NCBI GenBank assembly: GCA_964247055.1
Contig: OZ176057.1
Location: 248,001-312,000 of the forward strand
DNA: 64,000 nt
Reading direction: 5' to 3'
Source: Paragordius varius
Lineage: Eukaryota; Animalia; Nematomorpha
Below the pieces are notes generated by a model, which was not told where the DNA came from, made no database searches, and saw only the letters and a program-made list of their open reading frames with translations. Positions 23,001 to 38,200 of this stretch are shown piece after piece; the stretch's first letter is position 1; each line of letters opens with the position of its first letter. A program made the position numbers and the translations under genes.

Positions 23001-26000
23001 TTATATTCCTCTAAAAGAGATTTATATAACATTTAACTTATATTCCATTTACGAGGCTTAATTTATTCTTGAGCCTTCGAATTCACCACCATAAAATAGA
23101 TTGTGTGTTTTTGTTCACTTTAAGATGAAATATTTGGAAACATTGTTGCCACTCCCGACCTATAACAATGAATCATATGATTGCTCAATATCTGGTCATG
23201 CTCTTTTGCAGATGTCACGTGATATCACAGGGTCGCCCTTTGTTGGCCAATCAACGATGGAACGAACTGTTGCAAACAGTTGTGTGCCTGGTCGAATATG
23301 CTTAAACTTACCCACTCCTCCTATAGCACAGTAAAAATTAAAAATTATACAAAGAAAATCTGAAAACTTAAAGATAAATATTATATACAAAAAAAAGGAT
23401 ATTTTAATAGGAATATAACTTTTAACCTAATTATATATAATTTAAAATTAAAAAATGGGAAAAATCTAGTTTGTCTGTTTAATATATTTGCTCCTAAATT
23501 TATACGTTTTATTTTTCGATATAGTGGTAATCGCAATAGCAAGGAATCAAAATACGAATATTGCTTAATGTTTCAACCATTATCATCCGCTTTGAAATCT
23601 GGAACGAGCTTAAGAAGACGTCGAGTGCCTAAAAGAAAGTCTTTGCGGGTAAGTTTATAAATTTTTTAAACTTTGTAGAGTTTTTTCAAGATTTTACATT
23701 TTATTTTATTTCCTTATTTATATAAAACAGCATTATGTTTTTAAATATACCATTTACACCTTAAGTTCCAGCTTCACAATCCAAATTGATCCTAAAAACA
23801 GAATCTGGGCCAAATTTATGGCTATTTTAAACTAATTCATTTTACAAAATATCCAAAGATAGAGATAATTCATGATATTCGAAACTTAATTTATTTTAGC
23901 GTGATTTGCGAATATCGACCCTTCCATATAATAAAAACTATTTTATATAAACTTTATTATATTGAATCAATAGAAACAAAATTTTGTTCTGAATCGCAAA
24001 AAGGCCAGTTCTCAAAGCAAATCAATATTACGTGCCACCAACTCTAAAGGCCTTAGTAATGATGCTAAAAATATCTGTGAGAAGAATGGCATTCTGATTT
24101 GTGCCCTATCTGAGCTTTCTTTCATATCTATTCACAGCGAAACGGTGGCCGAAATTTCGAGAAAAACTGGAATTCCTTTGGTAAACCCAAGATTTAATTT
24201 CAATATTATTTGTTAAGGGTAATAATAATCGTGTAAAATAAATGTATAGTTTTATATCAACAGTCAATCTAATGTAAAATCGATTTGCTTATAAAACCTT
24301 TTCATAGTTTGTAGATTTAAACTCCATTATTCACATCCTAAATTTTTAAGTTTTATCTTTTAATAATATTTCATACACTGCCTAAAATCGGGTAGTATAA
24401 AATGATTTTATCAGGATTTTTTTGGTGTTTTTGCTTTTGAATAACGAGTGATATAAATTTACATTTTTGTGGCAATTGGTCCATATCAAAAAATCGCAAA
24501 ATTAAGGTACTTGCTAATTAAATTTTTTATGGAGAAAGTTAAAATCTTCATATATTAAAATATCTAATAAAACCTAATTCCATTTGATTTTCTTGTATTA
24601 AATTAAATTTGATATAGACCCCTCTAGTCCTAAAATAATCGAAAAAATACTGAGATCAGATCGCACGATAACAATTTGTAATATGTACATTATGATATCA
24701 AACAAGTTATTGTTTGAAATAAGCATAATTTGTTCCAAATTTAATAATTACCTTAAAGCATATTTGATGGTATCTAAGTAATAGTACTTTTTTATATATA
24801 TGATGATGCTGAATATTTAAATTAACTCATGTTTTAAAGATTTGCTCGTTAGTAAAAATTAAGTTTAAAATATATACTTATATTAAAGCAGTTATATTTT
24901 AATTAAAAGAGTTTCTTCCATGCTTTAAAAAATTTCGGGATTTTGCTAAAATATTTATCCAAAATCAAAAATATTTTTTTTGATGTCATAATCTTGTTTC
25001 ACTACAGCGCAATCTCGGCATATATGCATTTTTTAAGAAGTCTAAAGGGCATAAAAATTTGAGACTTTTTTTTCAATTCAACAATATTATTTGATCATAA
25101 CTCATCAGTTCTATGTAATTAATAACCTAGAAAATTTGTATTTCTTAATTATACATTTCTGAATAATTTAAAGTTGATAATGTTATAAAAGTTTGGTTAA
25201 TCAAGAGAATAGGTTAAAAATGATAAAAGAAATGGATGATACACGGTTTGATTGATAAAAAACAAATTAAAAAAGTCGAAGGACCAACTTCAATTGTTCA
25301 ACTCTTTAAATGCAAATGTATACTTTTTTTGTGGATTGTATGTGGTTAATACATCTCTTTAGCACCAAAAAAATTTATTTATTCGAATGTGCGCTAATTT
25401 TGAATTTTTTTATATGGATTAATCATTATAAAGTGTAAATATTTGTTTTAGTAGAATTGAAAGCACTATGCAAATTCTGATACATTTATCCATTCATATT
25501 ATAATTATTTCATTAGATCATTTTTTATGTTCACTCTATATATTTGAAACTTTAAAGTGACATGATGAAAGGATATTAGATTTCAAAAGTGTTATTTTGC
25601 GTCAAACTCACTTTCTCGCTTAGCGTTTGAATTTATCCTGATTGAAATTATTAGGATACAACGTAAATATATAAAGACAAATTTCTTTTTCTAAAAGACA
25701 AAAACCTTAATTTTTAAATTACAGTATGATACATTTATTGCTTGAGTTATCAATTATATCTTTATTTCCTATACTATACTTTGAAACAATAATTTATCGT
25801 TATAAAAATTAAAATTCAAAAAGTATGGTTGTCTTGAAAAAAAATTTGACCTTATTATATTTTTAGGTTTTGTCCGTATAATTTTAATGTTTATTGTACT
25901 TATCTTTTAGTATTTTGGAAAGAGCTCCCCTCGTATGTTTTAACAATAGCTAACTTACTATTAATTGATTCCAAATATATTGGTTAATCTTTTTGTATGT

Positions 26001-29000
26001 AGACTGTCACGTTCAATACAAATCTAGCCATGTTATCGTTCATAAGTCTATTAGATGGATATTATCGATTAAGTCAACGATTTTCTTTCAATCTTTGCAC
26101 GCTAGTTTATTCTCCTACTCTGCTCAAACTCAAATCTCTGGCTTCTCACGGACCTGTTGGGTAAAAATTCATTTTTTCAGCAATTAAAAAATTAACAATA
26201 ATAAAACAACCTTAACGTTTCTGCATAAACTATCAAATAACAATCTTAAACTATATAATTAGGTTTATTAACAATTTTTATCGCTATTCCCTGTTTCTTT
26301 GCGACCCAAAAAGATGTTATAAATAAGAAACATGGAATTTTTGCATTCTTCAAAACTAAAGTTATTTAATCATTATTTAAATGGCGCTTCAAATTATTTA
26401 CATATATTATAATTTTGACAGTTACTGTTAAAATAGAAATTATCTTAATAAATCTTAAAATCATAAAGGCAGGTATTTTTTAAAACACAACCAACCATAT
26501 CCAAAAAGTCCAAAAAAACTATTTAATTGAATTACCAATTTACATTCCCCTTACTTTTGTAATCCATAATAACGATATGAAAAATCAAGTTTTATAATAA
26601 TAAGGATGATAATATTTGTCTTTTTTCCCTTGTGGTGTAATTTCAATTTTTATTGTTAATAACGGAATGATTAAAAATTTAACAGTGATGAATTCGTGGA
26701 ATTGAAATTTCGTGAAAAGTTACAACAAGCCATGGCACAAACTGGCTGTCAAATCAAATCACTCACCGGTTCCTACCTATTGAGGCAATCGGCTTATTCT
26801 TACAATCGATTTCTACTCGATGTCCTATTCATTGAGGACCGAGGTTTAATTAATAATTATTCGAAATACAATAAAAATTATACAGAAATACAATTAAACA
26901 CCGCTATATCTGGGCATATCAAAATCTTTAAAAAAAATTTAAATTATACGGATAAAACATTAAAATATGACATATTTATTAAAACCATACTTTTTTAATC
27001 TTAATTTTTCTAAATATAACTTATGGTTTTAAATTATTTAGTATAATATAAAAAAAATTTGTGACACAAGCAATTATGCATTATATGATTGTAATAAAAT
27101 GTTTTTTATAAGATAAAGTAAGGTATGGTTGTCTTTTAGAAAAAAATATTTGTCTTATATTTTTAATTTTTTTTTCGTATAATTTCAATTTTTACTGTAT
27201 TTTTCTTATCACAATTTCCATGTTATAAAAAATATATATCTATATTCTTTATTTGCAACTCAAATTCATAAGTCATATATAAGAAATTATCATTTGAAAT
27301 ACAGTAACAATAGAAATTATCACATAAACAATTAAAAAACTCTTGAAACTATTTAATTACAATTTTTAACCATATAATTGATTGATAAATTTACATCTGC
27401 ATTTTAAATTTGCTCCTCAAAACAAATTAAGTATATCTAAATAATAAGAAAAATATATTGGTTTTTTGAAAAAAAATATTTTTTTATATTTATAAGTGTT
27501 GTATGTATAATTTTATTTAGAAAATATACCATTTTCAAACTCAGTCTTAAACAATACAGATCACCCTTAAATAATTCAGATCTACCCTTGAACAATTCAA
27601 ATTCACCCTAAAAATAAATTATATGTTTTCTATATCTCATAATTAATATAATATATCTTTGTGTCATAGTTTATTATTTCGTATTAATTTACTTTTAAAC
27701 GAAATTTCATTTTTACAAAATATAAAAAAATAAATGTAATTTTTAATTTCAAGAAACATAAGTATTTTTAGGGTTAAAATGTGCAAGGGTAATATTGAAT
27801 TGTCCGGAGATAAATTTTATTTGTACAAGGGTGATTTGAATTGATTGGTGAATTATAAGTGTAAATGGTATGCATATTATATTATATTTCAAGATCAAAC
27901 TGCGCATCATGATATTCAATACAGGATTCAAACATTTGTCATTCAAGGTAAACTCTATATACATTTTAGTTTATTGACGTATGGCAATAGTTGAATATAA
28001 ATATAAAATATTTTTTATGCTTGGTTTTTGATTTAGACAGTTTTTTATGCCTAAAAGCAAATAGCTAAAATGGCGCTTAAAATATTTAAAATCACAACTT
28101 TCGGACAAAAAAACTTGCTAAATTAAAGAAACATGCGCCTTTTTCTTACAAATTATCAAAAAATGTCTTTTAAGGCTTAAACCATTTAATGCGATATACA
28201 TGGATATGATTTATATAAATATTACTTTCATTGTTTTAAATTGCCAAGTAGAGATAAATGAGATGTAAATTGGTAAATACACACAACTATATATTCTTAC
28301 GATTGTGTAGTTAAAAAGTTTATTAAGGCAAAAAATATAGGTTTGGAAATATGTGGTTGTTCTTTAAATAAAATATTTGCTTTCGTCTTATACTTTAATA
28401 CAAAAATAATATATCTCGTATATATGATAATTATATTGGCCTACCAAAACACGTAATTAATATTTAGGTTAATATTAGGTATTAATGATATATATTTTAT
28501 TTATGTTTTATTGTTTAGAAAATTATAATGACGAACCCATACAACTCTTAAATAGCATCGAAACGTCAACGTATGTTATTAAAACAAACCAAACAGATTT
28601 TAACTATCCTTCCTCGCCCCAAAACCCTATGATTAAATTATTACAAATACCACAATCTAATGCCTATTGGACATTTCTTGGTGAGAAACATGATAATGTC
28701 AATGATAATAAGTTTTTACCATACCAACAACATATGAGCATCAGATATGCCAACTTACGAGCCCTGTTGAAGGCTTACTCGAATGATGGGGGGGAGGAGG
28801 AGGGAATTCCTTTCACTTATCCTGCCAAATGTATTCCGCCCTCTGATTATGATTTAGCTCCTGAACTCTTGCTGTGTAATCGATACTTGTTTGACTTGAG
28901 TGAAAAAACGAATTATCGAACGAAAAGTTTAACATTCAACAGTGATGAAAGATTGGCTCAATATGCCACGTTGCAAATTGCTCTTAAACAAATACTCGAT

Positions 29001-32000
29001 CCAGCTGGTCTCATTGGAAATAATTCGTTTTCGGCCGGAAATTCCTTAAACCATTCTGGAAATGGAAATGAAAATAATGAGTTTGAACCATCCATCATCA
29101 ACCAATCCCACAAAAACTCTCTAGTAGGCTGCGATAATTATCAACAATACCAACTCATAAAAGCGGCCCCTCTACTCTTTATAGCTTTTGCGGATTTGGA
29201 ATTATTTTTTTCTTTTTCCTCTCATGATAATAAACATAAACAAAAGTTTTGCAATAAGCCACAACAACATTTGGTGGAAACGAAGCCACCAATAACTATG
29301 CAAAACTCCCATTTAAATGATAAAACAGGGCATTCCAATTTTAATGATAAATCCGATAAAGTTTTGGAAACTCTAAATCCAAATCCTGACCTAAACAACA
29401 AAGTTGAATATCATGATGTTTTAAGTAGTGAAGAAATGTATAATTCTCTGAGCTCCCGTCCAACTATCAATCGAACACCAAATTTATTTTCTGGACAAAC
29501 CTTAATGACCAAAAAATTAAGTTTTTCTTTATTTAAATATATGTGAATTATTTTCATATTCACCCTTGAACAATTCAAATTCACCCTTAAAAAATCAATT
29601 ATGTGTTTTCATATAATATAACTCATATTAATATAAAATAATCTTTATGGGATAGTTTATTATTATTTTAGTTTTAAAAAATTTCATTTTGAGAAATATA
29701 TTAAAATACAGGTATTTTAATTATAAAAAAAATTTATATGAGGGTGAATTTAAATTGTAAAATGTTATAAAAACCATTAATACTCTAAGAGTGTCCCTTA
29801 ACACTTCCAGTTATCCTTTAACATTTCAAGTGGGTCCTTTATATTTGTTAAGTATGCTATAATTATCTATTTTTTTTATTTTATTTGTTTTTTTCTTCCA
29901 TGAATAACATTTTTCATTTTTTAAAAAAATCTATTTTTGTTTCGAATTTATTTTTTTCCAATTAGTCAATATAAACATGATATATTAAATAAAATTTGTA
30001 ATAGATAACCACCTTATATTTTTAATTAATTAAAACTATAATATTAAATAAAAAATTTAAATATTATTGAAAAAGTATTAAATACGGTTTTTGAATGAAA
30101 AGTTGGTATATTTTAAAAATTTAGGTTAATTAAAGAAAATAGGTTAATATTTGGGAAATGAATTAATCCATGGTAATTAATATGACTTAGAATCAAAATA
30201 TAAATTTAAAAGACAAAGGACATTTTTGATGTCCAAATGGTATATATTTTATTTAAAAACCATTTATATTAGTTAGGAAACAAAAAACTAAAAGACAAAT
30301 AATTTTTTCTAAAGATTTTTAAATTCGATTCTAAATGTTTTTTAAACTCCTCAATTTGTGTCGCAAAATATATGGAATAAGGATGTAATTTCCTCACTTA
30401 ATTATATAATTCAAATTTCTTAATTGTATTATAAAAAAATAAGGTTGGAAAAGGTACTGTTGTCTTTTTTTGAAAAAGTTTTTATGTTAATAAATTATAT
30501 TTTTACTAATTTTTCTCTTACACTCTAAGGATTAATTGATGGAGAATTCAATACTTGTAATACTTTGAATGGGCGATCCTCACTTATGGCTAGTGGGATT
30601 TGGCACCGAGATAAATATTACAAAATCCCTATTTCGTTTAAAACCATAATCACTTCTTCTTTAAATAAAACAAGGTAGCTATTTTAAACTCATTTCAATA
30701 TTTTGAATAAAAGCTGTTTTTTTGAATAATTAGAAACCCTTAAAGTCTTACTTTGACAGCGTTTTATCACAGTAAAATTTGGAAATATTGTAAAAAGTAA
30801 AAACTCATAGATACATATTTCAAGACACCCCCATACTTTTTTAAACTTTGATTTTTTTCGTACATAAACATTATAAATACACTATTATAGAATATAATTC
30901 AGTGTTCAATACCAATTTACATGTCTTGTCCTTATTTTACAATCCAAAACGATAACTAATACAGTAAAAATTGAAATTATACTGACAAAATGTAAAAATA
31001 TAAATACATTTTTTTAAAAAACAATCATACTTTTAAACCTTCATTTATCCTATAAAAAACATTTTACAACCTTAAAATGCATATTTGATTGTGTTATCAA
31101 TTTACGTTTCTATTTAAATTTGTAGTTTGAAACAATTAGTTATATATAAATAAATCAACATTAAAAAGTATGGTTTGTTTTTTGAAAAAAAAAATTTGTA
31201 TTTATATAAGTTTTGTCCATATATTACCGTATATAAACAAGTTTTTAAGAGTGGTTGTTTTTTATTGAAACATACTTGTCTCTATCTTTTTATATATAAA
31301 CTATACCTAGACCTATTGATTCGGAAGAAATGACGACTGTAACATTCTTGAAAGCATTAAACAAATTTGCATTTATTTCGGATCCCACTCTTGTCAAAAT
31401 ATATGGCGTATGCTTGGATCCATTGTTGGTAAAAATACACTTTGTATTAAGCTTTACTATTTTATTAGTTTTAATGTATTTATAAAAATTGCTATTCACC
31501 CTCGAACAATAAATAAATTATATGTTTTTTAGATTGAAATTTTCCTATATTTTTATATATTTTTGAAAAATAAAATTTTGTTTTTAATAAAAAAATAATT
31601 TTGAAAATATAATAAACTATGCCATAAAGATATATTTCATAATAATGATTTATATTAGTTCAAATACACATAATTTATTTTTAGGGTGAATTGAATTGTT
31701 CAAGGGCGAATTTGAACTGTAAATGTATACAAAAAAATTATAAAAAAAATATTTTTTGAAAAGACAATAATATTAATTGAATTTTTATAAAAAAATATAA
31801 CTCATCACATGGGGATTTATAGAATTATACTTTTACAATATAATAATTGTGTATTTTATAATAATCAAGGTTCGATAAAATAATAGCAATCTTTTAAAGA
31901 GTATTTTTAATTGATGTTTATGTTTTATCTGAAATTTTAAATTTTAAATTTACTTAATTATTAAAAGTATTAAAAAAAAAGGAATAACTTCGTTTGATTG

Positions 32001-32218
32001 ATAGATTATAACAGAAGAGTTGGAACTTGGTTCTTGGGCAACATTTTTGCGTTCATCTGCAGCAGCTGTTAAGGAAGAAAGAGTTGATGTGTGTTGTATA
32101 TTGGAGGCCGGGGCGACCATTTCACGAGCCCTGTGGTTTTTGCATGAGAAAGCTCTCACACACAATCGCATTGGAGCTGTCAATGTTTACGTCAAACTAA
32201 AAAGTTTAACAATATTCC

Positions 32219-32259
<41 letters not shown>

Positions 32260-35200
32260 TATTTGTTGAACTTAATTTTTATAGTAAAGGATAATAAGGT
32301 CTTAACTATATATTCGACAATACCATCATTCATTAGTAAATCAAAAATGTTAATGTTTTTTCCTGCAGTATTGAGCCCAGATACGATTTTGTATTTAATT
32401 AGATGCGCTTATTTCAAAAGATTTATTGACTTAAATTAAGCAACTAATTAATAGATATAATGAGACTATAAGAAGATTCGCTTTAGAGCCACATTATTTT
32501 TATAATTATTAATGCTTACTTTGAAAGTTGACCAATTTGCCTTAAAAATAGTTAATATACATCCATAGAATAACTTATAACATAACTTCATAGCCACCTA
32601 ACTTTAAAATGGTGGCGAATAAAACATCCTACTTTTAAATTTTCTCTCTTTATACATGACTTTATACATGTTTTTTTTTAAAAAGGTTTCAAGTTGCCCA
32701 TTTTTATATGGTAAATTTTGAAGAAGATGGTATTTTAATCAGCAGCCATTATTTAAAAAAAGTATTAGGCTAATACACTGCCTTCAGATGAGAAATTGGT
32801 AAACCCTTACTAAGTGATTCACTGGTAATTAGGTTTGAAACAATATTTTGTATGGTGGTTACCATTGTAAAATAGCGATCAACAAAATTGCCTTTATACG
32901 GGAATAACTTAAACTATTGAATGATTTTAAACAGTCGCTAATAGTTGAAAATGTTTCAAAAATTTTCTTATGTTTTACTGCAAAAAATGGCATTTTATGC
33001 GGGTTGGCGATACAGGGGCCGAGAATTTACATTAGGTAATCAATTTTATTACTGAATTTGTATGGGCTCATTCATTAATTTGAAATCATAATGGTTTTTT
33101 TGGGGCATTTTTTGTATTTTTTTTAGAGCCAACATTTAATTTTTATAATTTAATTTTTTTCCTGATTTAAATATTATTTATCAATCAATTTTACTAGAAC
33201 GGACGCCTACAGAACCAAATCATAAATTTGAAGATAACTGCCACCAAGGTTTGTTTGTCTCTTTTTATCACTTTAATATTAGTAATTTTGATATATACGG
33301 CTTGTTACAAGCGGGCAGTATATTGATTGTTAAAAAATTTTTTCTTTATATAATTTATTTATGACGGATGATTTTAAATGCACAAAAACAACACTAAAAT
33401 TATTGATGATTTTAGATTTAGAGAGGGCATTCCCGGAAAATTGGACTGTCAAACTTTGTGATCCAGTTCTTTCGATAAATCCGTTTGAGGCTTATTGTAC
33501 AAATTTTACTTCTCAACCTGCTAACCTCACCAATGGTTTTGGAAGCCTAGATGAAGGCCTCAATAAATTATACGCAATCTGCCCACATCACGCCTTATTC
33601 AAGTTTGTTTTCTCTATTAATTTACATATAGTTTAAAATTTTAACAAATACAGCATTGAAACATACAAAATGTAAAACATAAAGACAATAAAAAAACCTC
33701 CCGATACTTTTTTAACCATGTTATTTTTAAAAATATAACTAGCTGATTTAAACTGCAATGTATAAGTTGATAACAGAATCAATTATAAATTTTAAAATTG
33801 ATTGGTAATGATTTTTATGGGAAGAAATAGGATTAAATGCATAATTTTGTCTTTTATAATTTTATTTTATACAATATAATTTAATCTCCGTTTTAAATCA
33901 TTCATGTCAGATTACCTTGGTTAAGTCCCGAACTCTTTTGCTGCAGCGAGAATGATGGAGGAACCGCTACAAAGCACAACCAATATTTAACCGATAAACT
34001 TCCCTCATTATTAAAAAATTCAATTATTAATAAACAGATCAATCCAATCTCAATCTTAGACTCAATAAGTAATGATGAAGGGTATGATATTTGGTCTTTC
34101 GGTACATTCTTGTGGGAAAGTCTTATGTATGCTTCGGTTAACCCATTGAGTGCTTTATGCTTATCTGGCAGCTCTCAGTTTTCCATTAAATCCGCTTATC
34201 GAAATTTACTAAACTCGTTACAAAAAACCACTGATGATAATAGTATTATAAATCCAAAGGATAATCCTGGAGTTTCTGATGATGTTGTTAATATCTCACT
34301 TGGTGGGACGGAAAATAATAGCTCAAAAAATGTTTTTGAAACCAAAATTGAAAAAGAAGCCAACATGTTATTGTCAGTTTTATTATCAAACATTATTCAT
34401 CATGGTAATATATTTCATAGTTTTTATAAGAAAAAAATTAAAATTATCCTTCTAACCGTCATAATTTAAAATAAAAAGTTAAAATATACAGTATATATAT
34501 TATTGTTCAAATTTTTAAAACTTTATAATCTTTTTTTTAACTCTCAAAGTATTACAGTAAAAAATAAAATTATATGGACAAAACGTTAAAAAATAAAGAC
34601 AAATTTTTTTTTCAATCTATACTTTTTAAGATTCATTTTTGTAAAGATACTTCGATTGCATTATTGAATTGATATCTATGTTGGTGACACAATAAATTAT
34701 ATACTTTATAATATACTTTATATGAAAATAATTAAGGTTTAAAAAAGTATGGTAGTCTTTTAGAAAAAATATTTGTGTTTAAATTTTTTTTGTCGTATAA
34801 ATTATTTTACTGTAATGATGGAAATTGGTAACTCTCAATTATATATTTCAAAATTGTAATTATATGTTTTATGTAGGAAATATGAGGGATGATTATATCG
34901 CTGTCATTTGATGAAAAAGATTCTTAAATTTTTTTTTATGTTTTGTCCGTATATGTTTTATTGCATATTTAACTATTCTATCTTTTAACCATCAGAAGTT
35001 AGATTACCCAAACCCACAAATTGTCCTGATCGCTTATATTCTCTCCTTTTGCAATGTTGGCAACGCGACAAAGATCACAGAATACGCATTCATGAATTGG
35101 TAATTGCTTATAATTTATAAATCATTATTTACAAAAGTGTTGGAAATATATATAGATAAAATACAAATCAGTAAAAATTTTAACTATTACCAGAACGGTT

Positions 35201-38200
35201 TTTGGACTCGGTTATCGTTGAAAAACAGTTCTTTTTTAAAATCGACCGCCTTTTTATATTTTATCCGGAATCGGGTAGAATATATTTGGTTCAACTTTTT
35301 CGAAAAATAATTAGTTTTTTACATTAGTCAATCTAAAACTGTCTGCGTAGAAATATTTTTAGGCTAATGTAAATGGGCGAAAAGTGAAATAAATATATAT
35401 ATACTATATTAAATATTCATTATATAATAAATTGTTTTCGTTTTTGATATTCAAGGTTCGAGATACACATCAAATTTTCTATTCTCTCTTGCATACGCGC
35501 GAAAAACGAAAACAATTTTCTCAACTCCAGCTAAAAACTAAAGCTCAACATAGCGATCAAACAAATCCTCCTACTTTAGAAAAAACTCTTTTCAAGAGTA
35601 ATACTATTAGCAATGGTCAAATCTCTCATCCGTCTAATTTTAGAGTTCCCCAACACGTTAGAATCAATCATCATTGTTTCTCTAACAATTCTAAGTCAAA
35701 ACTACCCAATGTGAACAAATCTGAACATACAATTTTAGATTCTGCTGTTCCTGCTTTAAAACCCTTAAATGAAAACTCTTCAGTTAAGCAAACCCCTTTT
35801 AAGAACCAGGCTTCTGAGATTGGGATTGGGTCAGATGGATATGTGGATCATGAAACATTAAAATCCCCCCTTTCTACTTTTCATGAATGCCGCCTTAATG
35901 AAAGTTTATACTTGCCCACTGATGTTGAAAGTCTTTATAGTATTACATTGAACGAGGATATCAATGATACTGATAAACCAAATGATATGGTCGTGAATTC
36001 AAACACGAAAACTAAACCGACTCTTAACAATTTTAATGGTAAGAGTTTCGATTGTATTAACACACACTCGTATTTTAAAAATGTTTTTACTGGAATCTAT
36101 TCTTTAATCATAAAATGTTTCCAAATTGTATAAAGTATTTAAATGGGTCGATATGATAAAAATGGTTTCAGTATTTAATAGTCATATCTCTTAAGCATTA
36201 ATTTGATAGGGTCGAATCGAAAATAAATAGATTAAACATTATTATAATAAAGGTTTTTATATTTTATAGTCGATTCATATAAAATTTTAAGTATTTTTTT
36301 CCTTTTTTAGATACCCTGAAAAGGCGCCCTTTCGATCCCCAGTCTCTGCAATACGATATGAGTTGTACGAACACCAATTCGCCTAACATCGATACTAAGT
36401 AATCAATTGCTAATTTTTATTGATATTTCTCATTGTTCACGTGAAATCTTTTTATTGCTATAAATAAATGCTTTTTTATTAATTTTAAAATTGAGTATTA
36501 GAAACCTATGTAAAAAAATTATCAATAATACAACACTCCATGTCTCTATTTGGGGCCTTAAATGCTAATAGATAAATATTTGATTATTATTTAAACATTT
36601 ATATATCTAATAATTTATAGAAACGTAACCCATGAATCCGCCTCCCTGAGACAGTTAGAAAATAAAGAAAAAAACGATTTTTCCACCATTGCACCGCATG
36701 TCAACGGTCATATCTATTCAATGACAATGAATAATCTAGTCTCTGTTGAGGAGGAGGGACGATTAAATAAAGATTCATTCGAACTCAAAAGTCATATCAC
36801 ACGAACGCCCTTACCTCCTGTACCTCAAAAGATGCGTAAAATTCCTGCACCTCTCAAAAAAAACCCACGATTCCCAAGGTCCAACAAAATTTGGCGACAA
36901 TTTAGACAACACATTTTATCTACCATTTTGAAAAGACATAGTCAGCGCGACACATCGTCGCAACGAAAAAATGTTTTAATGGCGTCTGATGGAAAATCTT
37001 ACATTAGGCTTTTGCCACAAGACGCCTCTTCTCCTTCGTCTACTTTGGGCGATATTAAGGAAACCACAAAACCAAAATGGTTGTTAAGAAAAAAATTTCG
37101 TTTTCGTTCAAATTCTTACTCCGGACTTACGTGTATCGGTCATCCACATTCGCAAACCTATTTGCTTGGAAATAGCAATTACAACAATAATCCTTATTAT
37201 TATTCATATAACAATTTTGGCAATTGTTTTGAACATGTTCCAATGATACCCCAGATTTCTGCAACTATAGGTAATGATTCTCACATGAATGGACTGAGAC
37301 GAAGTTCTTCCTCTTATACTATTTCATTGTCTATCAACAACCAACAAAATGACAAAAACTCAGCCTATGCTTTTACCATTTCAGAAACCCAAATTCGCTA
37401 CATTAAATCCTTGGGGGAGATGGTAAGAATAATTTTTATTTTCCTTATTAATTTGCTTGTTTTAATTTATTTGCTTTTTCGAACACTTTATTCAATTTTA
37501 TAATATATTTATTTATTATATACCGGTTTTATGAATATTTAAAAGTGTTTTAAAAGGATCCTTATGTTGACGTCCTGGTTATATTAGGATTAAAATACGC
37601 TAGAATATCATTATAAAAATATTATTATATAATCTATTATCTAAATACCTCATAATTAGAGCGATTTAAGAAAATATATAACAAAAAACTGGAACGTAAT
37701 CAAAGGATTATATTGTTGGATATAATTTTATTTAATACTTGGTAGAACAAAAATGGAGATGATACTTGGTTAGCTATCTGGACGAAATTCAATGATCTTT
37801 TTTGTCAAAAAGTAGTTATTAAACAATTCAACATACAACAATCCCCTCCATTCGTTAATAATTTTAACGATAATAATCGAGAAATTACATCTTTCAAATC
37901 ACAATCAATTCAAAAAAATTATGCATTACTTTCACCTTTATTTCAAGTTATTTTACCAAAACTCATTCTGAATCCACATCCAAACATTGCACACATTAAG
38001 GTTATATTTATAATTTGGTTATATAAAAAAAAATTGAACTTATACAGATAAAATGTAAAAACTTATAAATAAATTGTTTAATAAGGGAGCCATGATTTTT
38101 TCCACTTTAAATATTTATTTCATTACATTTTTGATATAAAATTAAGATTAATATTTAAGGGCTTATTTTGGACTTAAAAACGATTTTAAAAAAAAGCTTT

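Noticed and set aside
34866-34900. Candidate extra JAK exon (GNMRDDYIA)
   Set aside because: It breaks phase with the next exon. The flanking exons already join correctly in phase 1 (HH|EVRLPKP).
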